Shown piece after piece: positions 12,461 through 25,849 of a stretch of 64,000 bases of DNA. Within the stretch, counting starts at the first letter, position 1; the number at the start of each line of letters is the position of its first letter. The notes under the pieces were generated by a model. The model had not been told where the DNA came from. It worked only from the letters and a program-made list of their open reading frames with translations, and did no database searches. A program made the position numbers and the translations under genes. This DNA comes from Basidiobolus meristosporus CBS 931.73 (taxonomy: Eukaryota > Fungi > Basidiobolomycota), in the NCBI GenBank assembly GCA_002104905.1, contig MCFE01000091.1:112313-176312 (forward strand), given 5' to 3'.

Positions 12461-14269
12461 TTCTCCAACACAATGGGTGAAACACAGGGGCAGCTTTGCA
12501 TGAAGATGCAGAGCTATGTATCACACTCTGTGGCCATGTATAGGCTCACTTGGCCTCTCCGGCACACTAGGGCATTATTTCGCACTCATGGCTCAATGTG
12601 GCACTATACAATGGAACAAGTCAAGAGCCATACTGTAGCTACTGCATCTCATTGCCTAATTCATGCTTTGGCACAAGCCCTATAGACAATGCTACTTTGG
12701 TCTAATGCCATAAGAGAGAGAAAAAAGATCATGAGAGTATTGTTACAAGACTCCTGGCCATGAATTCCACAGAGAGCATTGGAATTAGTGCAAAATTACA
12801 GCCAGTAATTTGCCATACCAGTTGTATTAGAGCATTTGTTTTTCAATACTGTACAAACACCATCTTGCAGACTGCTTGATGCTTCTATAATGGTACCTAG
12901 CCCCACTTATCACCTTATGCAAACTGAGTCAGGTGAGCTTGTGAAGCCTATTGGCTCACCTCAACATTCTGAATATGACCTGCAGAGTGATAGCTCTCTA
13001 GAAGAAGGCTAATTGATGGAGTCAAGTGAGCCCGGTAATCCATCTGTAGGTGAATGATGCAATTTTATGGCTAGAGAAGTGGCATGTTTCCACCATTATT
13101 GGTAATGAGTGCTTTGAGGATTTACTACTACTTCTTGCCAAAATCATCCCACAATGCAATTTACCATGTACTTGGTATAAATAGACAACCATCATGCAGC
13201 AGTGATCCATCTGACAACTTTGTATGGGCCTTCATATTTAGGGTTAAGTGCAGATAGTTGGATTGGATCTAGTGTCATGACATATGACCCATCTGGGAAG
13301 CTGCTGTTCCTGTGTCTTGAGGTGGATGTTGAAGTCATCTTTTGCTGTGATGTCTTACTTCTGGCACTGATAGCAGGGTAGACAATGTTGGTAAAGTACT
13401 CAAGTTAGTTCTTTAGCTTGTCTGTATTTGATTTTGCTAACTCTGTATTCTGGTAGTCTCCAAAGTGGTTGAATTTTCTTCCAAACATCAAGGAAAATGG
13501 CATTTATCCAGGTAGAGCAGCAAATTTGGTGTTGATAATGTTGTAAAAATTTGTATTTCTACCTAAATATTCACCTAACTTAGTTGCTTAGAGCATTACC
13601 TTCAATTCCTAGAGAATACTGACCAAATTCCTTGTGGGGATTTACTTAGAATATTTTCACCAAAATACCAGGTACCCTGAACATGAAAATTCTCAAAGTT
13701 GTCCAAACAGCCACAAACTTTGCACACATGTTCTTGGGACCTTCCTTAACCTATTCTACGTGTTTGTAATGCCAAGATCAGGTAAAAGTATAAATACTAC
13801 TTTTACATTCAATAAATCATTAAGTGAAAACCACATAATCTACTTGTTCTCCCAATCACTTCCAATATCTCCAAGACTCTTACAACAGGTTATGAGCCCC
13901 AAGCTGTCACTCTCTGCAATGTCTACTACTGCTATTACTGGAATTTTTCCCTCTGCTGAAAAGTTGGATGGATCTAACTACCAAGTGTGGAGGGTGAAGA
14001 TGAAGATGCTGCTACAAGAAAGAGGCCTTTAGGATATTGTCATGGGAGAAGAATGCCCTCCTAAAAATGTGGGAGAGGAAGCCTTAAAGTACCAGAAGAA
14101 AGAACAAAGTGCCTTTAACTGCATATGCCTTAATGTTGAGGACAAATTGCTAATTCAATGCTCAAGAGCAAAAACGGCAAAGAATGCCTGGAAAGCATTA
14201 GAAGACACCTACCAGTCATGTTCAGCTGCCAAGAAGATGTATCTGAGATGAAAATTCTTTACTACAAAG

Positions 14270-15841
14270 ATGCTGCCAGGAGAAGAAATGAAAAATCTAA
14301 TTAACAGAATTACCCTGCTGGTAGATGAGATGGAATCTGTGGGCATACCAACTAGTGATGAGGATGTAATAGTTACCATCCTGAATAGCCTGACAGACAA
14401 GTTTCAGGGCCTTGTATCAGCCCTAGAGTCCAGAACTGAAGATTTGACCTTAAATTACGTATATGGAAGGCTCCTGGATGAAGAATTAAGAAAAACAAGC
14501 ACCAATAAGAAGGAAGAAGAAAATGCTTTAATAAGCAATGATAACCAACAAAGGAGGTACCCAAGACCCTACAAAGGCAACAGCAACCTGTTTTGTAACT
14601 ACTGCAAAAGGAAAGGACACACATCAGACCGGTGTCTCAAAAAGAGAGATTATCAGCAAAAGAAGCCTGAATATGGAAATGCTGCAACAACTGAAGATAG
14701 ACTATTCATATCTGCACTAAATATGACCACAAACAAGGATTCTCAGACGTGGTATATTGACTCTGGAGCTTCTCAACACTTTACACAACAAAAAGAACTT
14801 TTTACCCAATATCAAGAAATTCCAATTAAGAAGGTTTTCATGGGTGACAATAGAACACTTGATGCAGTGGGAGAAGGAACTATCCAAGTAAACCTTAGAA
14901 ACAGTGAAGGAAGCCATACACTGACCTTTAAAGAAGTACTCTATGTACCAGAAATAGCCAAGAACCTACTCTCTGTAAGCAAGGCCACAGCAGAAGGACT
15001 CAGTTTTAGTTTTGACAATTCTGGATGCAGGATCACTGATCAAAATGGTGCTCATATTGCTTTGGGCATCAGAGATCAGAATCTATACAAGCTGACTTAT
15101 ATTCCATCATATCTGGAAGCCAATATAAGTAACTTAAATGAAGAAACATCAATGCTTTGGCACAGGAGATTTGGACACATTAATTTTGATTATTTGCGTA
15201 AAATGATCAAAGATCAGCTAATTTCTGGAGTGAAAATTGATCCCCCAGCTAATTTGGAGCACTGTGAAGCCTGCATATATAAGAAACAAGCCAGACAACC
15301 ATTCAAGAGCTCTGGGTTAATCAAAACTAAGAAAAAATTAGATCTAATTCACTCAGATCTGTGTGGACCTATGCAAAATTTATCCTTAGGCAGGATGAAG
15401 TATTTAATCACTTTTATTGATGATTATACAAGATACACATGGGTCTACTTCATGGAGAGAAAGGAAGAAGCTTTGTCTAAGCTCAGGGAGTTTAAAGCCA
15501 TGGTGGAGAGAGAAACTGGTGAAAAAATCAAGAAAATACGCTCTGACAATGGTAGAGAATATACCTCAAAACTCTTCATCCACTTCTGCAAAATTCATGG
15601 GATAAAGCAAGAGACTACTGTACCATACTCCCCACAGCAAAATGGAGTAGCAGAACAAGCTAACAGATCAATAATTGATATGGCAAGATCTATGATCCAT
15701 GATCAAAATTATCCTATGATTTTTGGGCGGAATCAGTTGCCACTGCTGTATACCTTAACAATAGGAGTTATAACGGAATACTTTGTGATTCTACTCCATT
15801 TGAAGCATGGTATGGATACAGACCAAGTGCAGAACATCTAA
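14270..15841 (+). CDS. Copia gag-protease-integrase polyprotein segment (523 aa, frameshifted at the 3' end)
   Basis: Zinc knuckle, DSGA protease, GAG-pre-integrase (LWHRRFGH) and rve DDE motifs. Confidence 0.9.
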   Translation: MLPGEEMKNLINRITLLVDEMESVGIPTSDEDVIVTILNSLTDKFQGLVSALESRTEDLTLNYVYGRLLDEELRKTSTNKKEEENALISNDNQQRRYPRPYKGNSNLFCNYCKRKGHTSDRCLKKRDYQQKKPEYGNAATTEDRLFISALNMTTNKDSQTWYIDSGASQHFTQQKELFTQYQEIPIKKVFMGDNRTLDAVGEGTIQVNLRNSEGSHTLTFKEVLYVPEIAKNLLSVSKATAEGLSFSFDNSGCRITDQNGAHIALGIRDQNLYKLTYIPSYLEANISNLNEETSMLWHRRFGHINFDYLRKMIKDQLISGVKIDPPANLEHCEACIYKKQARQPFKSSGLIKTKKKLDLIHSDLCGPMQNLSLGRMKYLITFIDDYTRYTWVYFMERKEEALSKLREFKAMVERETGEKIKKIRSDNGREYTSKLFIHFCKIHGIKQETTVPYSPQQNGVAEQANRSIIDMARSMIHDQNYPMIFGRNQLPLLYTLTIGVITEYFVILLHLKHGMDTDQVQNI

Positions 15842-16747
15842 GAATATTTGGGTGTACAGCATATGCCAAAAAACTGGCCGGAAATCAGTCAAAATTTGAG
15901 CCAAAAAGTGTAAAATGCATATTGTTGGGCTATTGCAATGAGAGTAAGGCATACAGACTCTACAATACCAAAGCAAAGAAGCTTATCAAGTCCAGGGATG
16001 TGTTGTTTGATGAAAATTCAAAATTTTCACAAAAAATGACATCAGATGATGACAAAAATTTGATCTCAAGTCCACCAATTGTCATGATTGAATCAGAGCA
16101 AAACAATGAAAATTCTTTCACTCCAGAGGACTCAACAACCATGGTTCAGCCAGAATCAGTGCCCAGGAATATCCCAGAAGTGATCATTCCAGTATCAAAT
16201 GCCTGGAGATCAAATCGGACAAGAAATAGCCCAAATTACTACATCAATGAGGGTACAAACTTAGCCTATGCCTATTCAGTCCATATTGATGAACCCCAGA
16301 CTGTAAAAGAGGCCCTAAATAGCCCTCAGACAAAGTTTTGGAGATCTGCAATGACTGAGGAATATCAGGCACTGATGGAAAATCAAACTTGGGACTAAAT
16401 CAAATTACCAATCAACCAAAAATCAATTGGATGCAGATGGGTCTTCAAGACAAAATACAAGGCTGATGGTACAATTGAAAGATACAAAGCAAGACTTGTA
16501 GCCAAAGGATACTCTCAAACAAAAGGACTTGACTATACTGAGACGTTTGCACCGGTAGCCAAGTTTAATTCCATCAGATTAATTTTGGATATTGCAGCCA
16601 AATATAAGTTTTTTATTCATCAAATGGATGTAAAAACTGCATTTTGAATGGAGAACTTGATGAGGATGTTTATATGGACCAGCCTGATGGGTTTGTTGAC
16701 CAAAATAACCCCCATTTGGTCTGCAAGCTTAAAAAGTCACTATACGG

Positions 16748-17552
16748 TGTGGTAGGGTAAACATACCTCCCACAGACAAATTTATTCATATAGTCATTAT
16801 GATATACTTATCCATATTTTATCTTATCAGTATTATCCCGTTCTTCTTTTGCCCATATTATCAGTATTATCCCCATATGATGTTTACCCTGATTAGTTAT
16901 TAGCATTAGTTATCCCAGATGTTATTCAGCTTTGTGATCAGTAGATGTATCTATATAAGGCAAGTACCCGCGTCAGTACCTGTGACACATGACCTAGGTT
17001 TGTGTTACCATCCCTACCATTTCAATACCATTTATGGTATTTCTATGTTGCACAGGTTTCAGACTACTGATTCCTGATTGGTTGAGAGTGCTGTGCCTTT
17101 TAGAACCTTCCTGGACATTCTTGGCATATTTTTTAGCTCATAGTGATGTCATCAAGAATTCCACTGATACCTAGAATCTTCTAGAACCTTGTCATTAGTA
17201 ATCACTTGGCAATCAGGAAAAGTATTTAAGGGAAAGCAATCCCTCATCAATAAATCATCCCTTCTATCAGTAACACTTCTCCCTTATTGATTAGCAGTTG
17301 ATCACTGCACCTGCCTTCAACAGTACATCTCAGACCTGCCATCAAGGAGCTTTTCAAGGTAGTGTACAAGACACACAGAGGCCTTTGGAGACACTTGGAG
17401 CACCTAGGAAGCTAGAGAAGCAGGAGCTTTTACTATAGAGACATACTGACAAAGACACCAGCAGTTTAGACCCAGAGGTTATTGCACCCATCAGACACCT
17501 CACACACCTTGAGTTGTGTAGCTTCTCCCAGGAGTACCTCTACACCACCACA
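16748..17552. mobile_element. 805-bp insertion (probable solo LTR of another family) inside the Copia RT
   Basis: Termini TGTGGT...ACCACA (6-bp inverted repeat); flanks ACGG/ACAG (4-bp TSD with one CpG-type change); excision restores SLYGLKQSP. Confidence 0.85.
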
Positions 17553-17602
17553 ACAGTCTCAAACAATCACCAAGAGCCTGGAATTGCAAGATAGATTCTT
17601 AT

Positions 17603-18451
17603 TTGGAATCTTTGAGTTTCAAAAGGAGTAATGCTGACTATAGTACATACTATAAGCCAGATAGAGCAAATCCAGTTCTATTAGCTCTATGTGTGGATGA
17701 TCTTATTATAGCCGCCAATAACCTGGAAACATTGGAAGAAACTAAATCCAGACTATCTAAGGAGTTCAAGATGTCTGATTTAGGAGAACTTAGTTTCTAC
17801 TTAGGGATTAAGTTCTCCATAGACAGAAGTACCCAGACTATCACCCTAAGCCAATCCAAGTATATTCAAGATATACTAAAGAAGTACAAAATGGAAGACT
17901 GTAAACCGGCAGCTACCCCAATGGAGACAAACCTTAGCTTGGTCAAAACTCAACCAAATCAAGAGAGCTTGGTGCCATCTGAAAGCCCTGACTTTCCTTA
18001 TCAATCTATGGTCAGCAGTCGGATGTATATCATGCTTGGAACACGTCCAGATATCTCATATTCAGTGGGAGTTGTCAGCCAACATAATCAGAACTATGGA
18101 TCTGATCATATTGCAGCAGTTAAGCGGATTTTGAGATACCTAAAAGGAACTGCTGATATCTGCTTAAGATACACTTATAAGGATTCAGAACAGGACCTTG
18201 TGGGATACTCTGATGCTGATTGGGGACAAAATTTGGAAGACAGAAGATCCACCACAGGATACACCTTTCTTTACTGTAAAGGAGCAATTTCATGGAATTC
18301 AAGAAAGCAACCAACCGTAGCACTTTCTACTACAGAGGCAGAGTTTATGGCAGCCTGTGAAGCTACAAAAGAAGCAATGTGGTTAAGAAAACTCTTTACA
18401 GATTTAGGCCTATGTCAAAAAACACCTATTACTTTATTTCAAGATAATTGA
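17603..18451 (+). CDS. Copia RT 3' half and RNase H
   Basis: LCVDDLI, TRPDISYSVG, YSDADWG, STTEAEF motifs. Confidence 0.9.
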   Translation: MESLSFKRSNADYSTYYKPDRANPVLLALCVDDLIIAANNLETLEETKSRLSKEFKMSDLGELSFYLGIKFSIDRSTQTITLSQSKYIQDILKKYKMEDCKPAATPMETNLSLVKTQPNQESLVPSESPDFPYQSMVSSRMYIMLGTRPDISYSVGVVSQHNQNYGSDHIAAVKRILRYLKGTADICLRYTYKDSEQDLVGYSDADWGQNLEDRRSTTGYTFLYCKGAISWNSRKQPTVALSTTEAEFMAACEATKEAMWLRKLFTDLGLCQKTPITLFQDN

Positions 18452-21400
18452 GGATGTATACAATTAGGTAGAAATCCAACTTTCATGCTAGAACCAAGCA
18501 CATAGATATTAGACATCATTTCATATGTGAATCTATAGAGAATAACTTAGTTAGCTTAGTTTACTGTCCTACAGATGAAATGATTGCAGACATATTTACC
18601 AAACCATTAGCTAGAGACAAATTTGAATATCTTAGGTCAAATTAGGGCAGGTCAGTATGAGCATTTAGCTGAGTGGGAGTGTTGTAAAAATTTGTATTTC
18701 CACCTAAATATTCACTTAACTTAGTCACTTAGAGCATTACCTTCAATTCCTAGAGAATACTGACCAAATTCTATGTGGGGATTTACTTAGAATATTTTCA
18801 CCAACATACCAGGTACCCAGAACATGAAAATTCTCAAAGTTGTCCAAACAGCCCCAAACTTTGCACACATGTTCCTGGGACCTTCCTTAACCTATTCTAC
18901 GTGTTTGTAATGCCAAGATCAGGTAAAAGTATAAATACTACTTTTACATTCAATAAATCATTAAGTGAAAACCACATAATCTACTTGTTCTCCCAATCAC
19001 TTCCAATATCTCCAAGACTCTTACAACAGATAACACACTGTACAGTTGGAATGTACTTGTCCCAATTCTACTTGATACCTCTGATAGATTTCCTGATGAA
19101 GTTCACTGATGTCCGAACATGTCTTTCAGCAAGTCCATTAGCCTTGGGATGATAGGGAGTCATCAGCCAGTGGCCAATGGTGCTATTCTGGCAAAGGGCT
19201 TTGATCATGTGATTCACAAATTCTGTTCCATTATCCAATTGAATGACCTTGGGGAATCCAAATAGGCAGAAGAGCTTGAATAGTTCTTGTGCAATTGTGG
19301 CAGCATACTTGTCTGGGATAGCTTTGAAGAAGATAAACGTGTGCAGACATCCGCAATCATAAAGAGGTGGTGATTGTCATCATCACTGGTGGTGAAAGGG
19401 CCTGCTAGATCAATTGCAATATGATCCATAGGAAGGCTTGTATGGATGGGACTCAAAGGGTGAAATCCATGGCAGCTGATATTGTAAAGTTGACATTCTC
19501 TGCAAGACTTGATAAACTCTAGGCAGTCAGCTTTGTTGTTTGGCCAATAATATCCATCAGAGTGTAGCTTCTTTGTAAGTATGTCAGCTCCAAAGTGGCC
19601 AAGTAAATGACTCTTCTGTATCAATGTTTTCCTTTCATTGGCTTGCAGGATTTTTAAAGTTGCTGAATTCAGTTGAGGAATTATTTTGGAAGCTGTAGTG
19701 AGCTTACTGATTATGTCAGTAATCACATGTCTCTCCCAAGGTGAAGTTGGGAAAAGTCTTGAAAGGTGGTAAGGCAGGATGTTGAGGATTCTGGAGCAAT
19801 GAATAACTGTATGGTCATAATCAAGTAGAGTATTAGGCCAGTTGGTGAGCATTGGAGTCAGAGTCTTTTGATTGTAAATGTAGACAAGGCTTGATGGTCA
19901 GTATACAAGGTAAGCAGATTACCATTTAAGTACTGATGAAACTTCTTTAAGGCAAAGACAATAGTAAGTAGCTCCTTCTTGGTGGCAGAGTAGTTTCTTT
20001 CAGCAGATTGTAGTGATCAGGCTTGAAAAGAGATCCAGTGAGGCAGATTTTGGTCTTCATCCTGGTATAGGACAGCCCCTAACCCAGCATTAGATGCATC
20101 TGTAGCAACAACAAAGGTCTTGGTAAAGTCTGGGTTGGATAGGGTGGGTGCTTGTGGGAGCAACTGGCAGAGTGACTCAAATACTTGATCATGAACCTTG
20201 TTCCAGGCTGAGGGAAGACCAGAACTATGGCATAATGCATCCAAAGGGGCACTCAAAGAGGGCATGAGAGGAATGTATTCCCTGAAATAATTGAATACTC
20301 CAAGATAATGATGCAGTTGCTTAGCGCTAGTGGGTTTTGGCCATTCAGGAATATTGACCAGTTTGAAAGGGTCAAGTTGATGGCCATCTGGTGTGACTAT
20401 GAATCCAAGTAGATTGATTTTGAGGCAAGCAAAACTGCACTTTTCAGCATTAAGAATCAGTCCAGTGGCTGTCAGTCTATTGATGACATCAATGACATGA
20501 GTTACATGATCATCACAGCTTGTAGAAAATATGATGATGTCATCAACATATACTAAGGTGTATGGTGCATTCTGGAGTATTTTAGTAATGACACTCTGAA
20601 ACTTGCTGGAAAGTGTCTTTAGGCCAAAGGGAGCTCCCTGAAACATCCATTGCATATTATTCCAAGTAAAGGCAGTCTTATACTGATGATTAGGATGGAT
20701 CTGGAATTGGTGATATGCATCCTTCAAGTCCAATTTAGAAAATACTTTTGTGCCTGATGGTGAGGAAAAGATATCCTGGATTCTTGGAACTGGAAATATA
20801 TCATTTTGGATAAGTTTGTTCAGAGGTCTAGGGTCCAAACAGGGTCTCTTCAGAGTTAGATTTCTATTTGTATCCTTCTTGGGTGCAAGCCTCAAAGGGC
20901 TGTTGAGTGTTGTGTTGACTGGGGCTTGAGTGATAATTCCACTGTCAGCCCACTTTTGGACTATTTCATCAACTAAGTGTTGACAAAAATGTGGAATGGG
21001 GTATTGCCTCCTCTATGATGACTCACCAGGTGGGGTTTCTAGCGTAACAATGGATTCTGGAATAGTGCAGAAACTGTTCCTAGGATGGTGTAGAGTTTTT
21101 CTCAGGACAGGCTGGTGATCTATGTCCCATCTTTCCACATTAAAAGCATTTGTCATCAGCATATGGATTATCAGTTTTGGCATTTTGCTGCTTTTCTGAC
21201 GTGTTTCCTGACTTGTTTGACTGCTCAGTGATGCCTTTGCATTCACTAGTAGAGTGATAGCATCTTCCATGAAGCTCACAATGCTTTGTAGTGGTTGACT
21301 TCTTCTTGGTCACATGACTGCTCTCTTTTCTGGTTGTTGCTGCATCTTGAGTGGAGTTGCCTGAAGCCTGGCTAACAGCCGCAGTCATGGTGATTGCAAG

Positions 21401-22274
21401 TGTGCAAATCTCTGAAAGTTTGTCATAAGTGCATGCAGGGTTGCATGCTTTGACAGTAGCAACATTGCTCTGTAGCTGGTCTGAAAAGTTTGAAAGAAAA
21501 TGAGAAGTAAGCAATGGATTGCCATCACTAACTCCAGCTGTTCTCATTTGTCTCTAGAATATATCACAGAAGTGTTGTACAGATTCACTTTGTTGCATTT
21601 TAGTTTTCCATAGGTTGCAGTTTAGATGCACTTTGTTAGGTGGATCTTCAAAATGGCCACAAGAGAGGTTCTGGGCAACTTCCCATGTACTATTGGAAAA
21701 AATTCTCACTTCAACCCAGTCAGCATTTTGCATGGTTAGACACTGAGGCAGAAGTCTAACCCAATTGATGTTGGGGACTAGCTAGTGCGTAGCTAAGACA
21801 TGACTAAACTTGTAAAAAAACTCAGTAGGATTCCCTATGGCATTGGCTCCTTTGGCATAAAGAGGCAAGGATCTTGGGACAATCACTGGGGCAGGTTCAG
21901 AGGGAGATGTAGATCTGTAGGATCTAAAAGCATGACTTCTTGGCAGCTGATGCAGAGCAAGGCTTGGCGGATTTTCAAGGCTATCAAGTACAATGGCAAC
22001 ATTCTCCAAAGCTTCTTTGATAATTCCAATCTCATCTTGGTAACCAGAAATAACTTCAACAAGTTCATATCTACAATGACTATCAGATCTTGTATTGGCA
22101 AGCTTTGAGTGCTCAAGCATCAAAGTGTTTCTTTCATGCATGATGTTTTCAAGCTGCTCAGTTAGCTCTTCCTGATTTCTGCAGGCTTCTTCCAACATGG
22201 AAAGATTTGGATTGCTTGCTGCTGAGGACATATTGTAAAGCAGTTGAATGTAATGGAATTCAACAAAGAAAATG

Positions 22275-23030
22275 TTGCATCCAAAAGAAAAGTGCAATAA
22301 ACCCTTGAATGAGTTAACTGAACCTGAGCAACAACTAAGTGCAGAATCTTAGAATTGTCAAGGGTTATAGAAATATTAGCAGAGAAGTTCTGGTCTAATA
22401 GTGGCTTTGTATATAGTTGAGTTGGGCTATAAAGGCAACAGAGTTGGTTGGCCATAGAGGCTAGGCTTGGTGTTTTTGGGAATGCTATATATGCTAGGCT
22501 TGGGTAGAAACTAGAACAAAATTGTTGAATTCTTAGTTTTGCAGAGGCACAATCTTAATTTTGTTGAGATACACACTAAACCAAAAGGTTTAGGAAGCTT
22601 TATTTATACTTTTCCAATCAAGTTGAATTAGTAAGCACCAAGACACTGGACTAATTGAAATCTGTTGGGGTGTTGATAGATGCATAGGATAAATGAAAAT
22701 TTGCATCATTAATTGGCTGATGTCTTGGCAACTGCTAAGTGGTTGGATAGATTGCAGATGACTAATCACTTGGAAAGGCTTAGCAGATTAGTTGAGGACA
22801 TAATGACCACATGAAAATTGATCAGGTGTGACAGCTAAAAATAGATTCTGAGAAGTGATAAAATAAAGCATAACTGGGATTAGTTATGTTTGGGATTGGG
22901 AAGATCAGTTAGGGTACTAGATTTTCTAATGGAGTAAAATAGGTTAAGTATTAAGTGTTGATGCACAACACTGCTGGTTGTACTGAATGTCAAAGCAAGC
23001 TGTTATTCAACTGCTCTTCTGTGGCTGTTG
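22275..23030 (-). repeat. Dispersed repeat family D, longest copy
   Basis: High nucleotide similarity to 24010-24680 (same strand), 28850-29285 (opposite strand) and 59873-60181; no intact ORF. Confidence 0.8.
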
Positions 23031-24009
23031 GCAGTGGAGCTCAGTTGGGAACCAGATGACTTTGTTTTTTTTTGGTGGCATAAATGTAGAAGTGAGTTAA
23101 ATCAAAGAGGAAATGATGTTACATATATGTGTGTATGTGGTGCCACAACTTTATTTGTAATGATTACTATGGTAGGTCATCATTGAATCTTACATTTATG
23201 TTGGTGCAATGTTGCAAATACATGACTGTCTTAAACTCACATAGTTATTGACAAAAAAATGATATAATAGCATTACATTGGTGAGTGTCAAGCGGTTTGC
23301 CCCATGAACAAGACTACTTTGATTCAGCACTTAAGAGAAGAGAAAAAAGACCATGTGGCTATTGTAGCAAGCCACTCAGCCATGAAGCTCACTGATAGCA
23401 AAGAAATAGTACAGGATCACAGCCAGTGTTTTGCCACACAAGTCATATTTGATCTTTCATCAGTCACTACTGTACCAACAGTATCTTACTGGCCAGTTGA
23501 TACCTCTATAGCAGCACCTGGCTCTACTTCTCACCTTGCTCAAACTGAGTCTGGTGACTTTGCAATGCCTTTAGGCTAAACCCAGCCTTCTGAATATGGC
23601 ACACAGAGTGATAGCTCTGGTGAAGCAGGCTCACTGATGGATTGTGAGCCTATCTCCCCTAACAACCATACCCAGCATGAGCCTGGCAACATCCCATTAT
23701 GCAATGAGACAACACCAGTGGAAAAAAAACACCAAGGATACTTTATGGTCACTCTGGATATGCTCTGGTAATAATCTGTCTAATGAGGCTCACGCAGTCC
23801 AACAAATATTGTGAAGCTATAAAGACTGAACTCAGTATCAATTAAGTGCAAATATATCCAATATATTTAAAGGCAAACATTACAAACAGCTGAGATGCAA
23901 GGGCTACTTTGAAGGTATGTATGGCCATATCTTTGCCTGACACTTGATGGATTCTCATTAAACAAGTACACTTCAAGTAAATCCTTCTGGCCACTGATTC
24001 TTATTGTTG

Positions 24010-24680
24010 TATCCAAGAGAAAAGTGTAGTTAAACTCTTGAATGAGTTAGCTGAAACTATGAGACAACTATTTGCAGAACCTCAGAATTGTCAAGAGTGA
24101 CAGAAATACTAGTAGAGAGGTTCTGGTCTAATATTGGTCTTGTATATAGCTGAGTTGGGCTATAAAGGCAACAGAGTAGGTTTGCTATGCAGGCTAGGCT
24201 TGGTGTTCTTGGGAGTGCTAAACATGCTAGGCTTGAGTAGAAACTAGAGTGGAATTGTTAATTTCTTAACTTTGGTGAGACACACACACTAAACAAAAAG
24301 GTTTAGGAAGCTTTATTTATACTTTTCCAATCAAGTTGAATTAGTAAGCACCAAGACACTGGACTAATTGAAATCTGTTGGGGTGTTGATAGATGCATAG
24401 GATAAATGAAAATTTGCATCATTAATTGGCTGATGTCTTGGCAACTGCTAAGTGGTTGGATAGATTGCAGATGACTAATCACTTGGAAAGGCTTAGCAGA
24501 TTAGTTGAGGACATAATGACCACATGAAAATTGATCAGGTGTTACAGCTAAAAATAGATTCTGAGAAGTGATAAAATAAAGCATAACTGGGGTTAGTTAT
24601 GTTTGAGTTTGGGAAGATCAGTTAGGGTACTAGACTTTCTAACAGAGTGAAATTGGCTGAGTTTTAAATATTGATGCACA
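24010..24680 (-). repeat. Dispersed repeat family D copy
   Basis: Near-identical to 22290-22960 over several hundred bp. Confidence 0.8.
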
Positions 24681-25849
24681 ATACTCATCAACCTGAATCT
24701 ACTGCCTATCTTATGCTATCAGAACAGAAATCTGATGGTAGTCTCATGGGTATCTGGGCCTAAGTCACTGTCCATCCTGGAAAGCTACCTGTATCCATTG
24801 CTAGATCAATTTTGTAGGCTTTCCAGTGGGATAAGACTAAATGGCCATCATGTCAAAGCAGATATTACTCTGTGCATTGGGAATTCCCAAGTCATCAGCA
24901 AGATAGCCAGCTTTTCTGGGCACAATGAGCAGTATTGCTGTTAAATGTGTGAGATCCAGGGGACATACTCCATAACTCATATATATTATTATTACCCCAA
25001 CACCAACACTAAGAATATCATCTTCCCGCAAAGAGGATGTACAGAAGGCAGCATGTAGTTGTAGCAGAGTTGGCAAGCTATAAGCCATTGGCCAGAATGT
25101 GAAATTAATCAGAAACTGGAGATATGTATGATAGAGGGTATCTGTTGAAGCAAAAGCTCTCTGCTAGGTGCAATGCATTTGCTTTTCAGCAATATCCATA
25201 TACTGAAGATCAAGTTGTATATGAGGCATTTCAAGCCTAATGAGCCCTTTAAGATACCAGAGAAATTTGAAAGCATTGGCAAGATATTGCAGGGTATCAG
25301 CTACCTTAAGTACTTCTTGTGGGCTCCAACTAACATTCATACGCATATGCAGCAATACTGGTGCAAGGAGTGGATGAACTGGATATGTATTTATTCAAGT
25401 GGCCTTCTGAAGTCATTTCTACCAAGAGTACATTGGAAGCATTGGGAGTCATATGTGGATATTGTAGGAATATTTATCCAGAAGTGGATCACCAATGTCA
25501 ACCAAATGCATCTCCAGCTATTGTGCAAGGAGTTTATGACATGATTTGAGTGGCTATACTACAAACATAAAGCTGAACATGTAGATCTCTGCCACTACTG
25601 TATCCATTGTCTACTCTGTCTTGCTTGGTGTGGGGAGATATGAAGACAAGTCAAGTTGCAGGTACTACCATATCCCTATCTCATCAAGAATATAACCTTC
25701 AAGTCCATCATGGATGTGATGAGTTACCACATGGAGGACAGCCAGGAAAAGCTGGAAAATATTGAGGATAGATGTGCAGAAGGAGACACTTATGCCTATG
25801 GCATTAAGAAGCTAAGCAGCCCCAATGTGCAGGTAATCAGTTAGATAGT

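Larger units (their letters stand above)
13539..19028 (+). mobile_element. Full-length Ty1/Copia LTR retrotransposon with 349-bp LTRs (13539-13887, 18680-19028) and 5-bp TSD GATAA
   Basis: TGTTG..CAACA LTRs differing at roughly ten sites; GATAA at 13534-13538 and 19029-19033; PBS GGTTATGAGCCC; PPT GAGTGGGAG; domain order gag-CCHC (CNYCKRKGHTSDRC), protease (WYIDSGAS), integrase (HSDLCGP, IRSDNG, QQNGVAE), RT (SLYGLKQSPRAWN), RNase H (YSDADWG); scattered stops and frameshifts. Confidence 0.97.
13170..22290 (-). mobile_element. Second Ty3/Gypsy family (gag-RT-RNase H-integrase), interrupted in integrase by the full-length Copia
   Basis: gag 21782-22297 and 21140-21547 (CELHGRCYHSTSEC; CFxCGKMGHRSPAC); RT 20017-20895 (PFGLK, YVDD, TDASNAGLGAVL); integrase 19214-19852 (HIAIDLAGP); the reading frame NWDKYIPTVQCVI/NTK continues across the Copia insertion to ..KYEGPYKVV near 13230. 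Confidence 0.88.

Noticed and set aside
13634-14032. Recurring ORFs MGIYLEYFHQ.. (also 18775, 53770, 58568)
   Set aside because: They are incidental frames within Copia LTR copies
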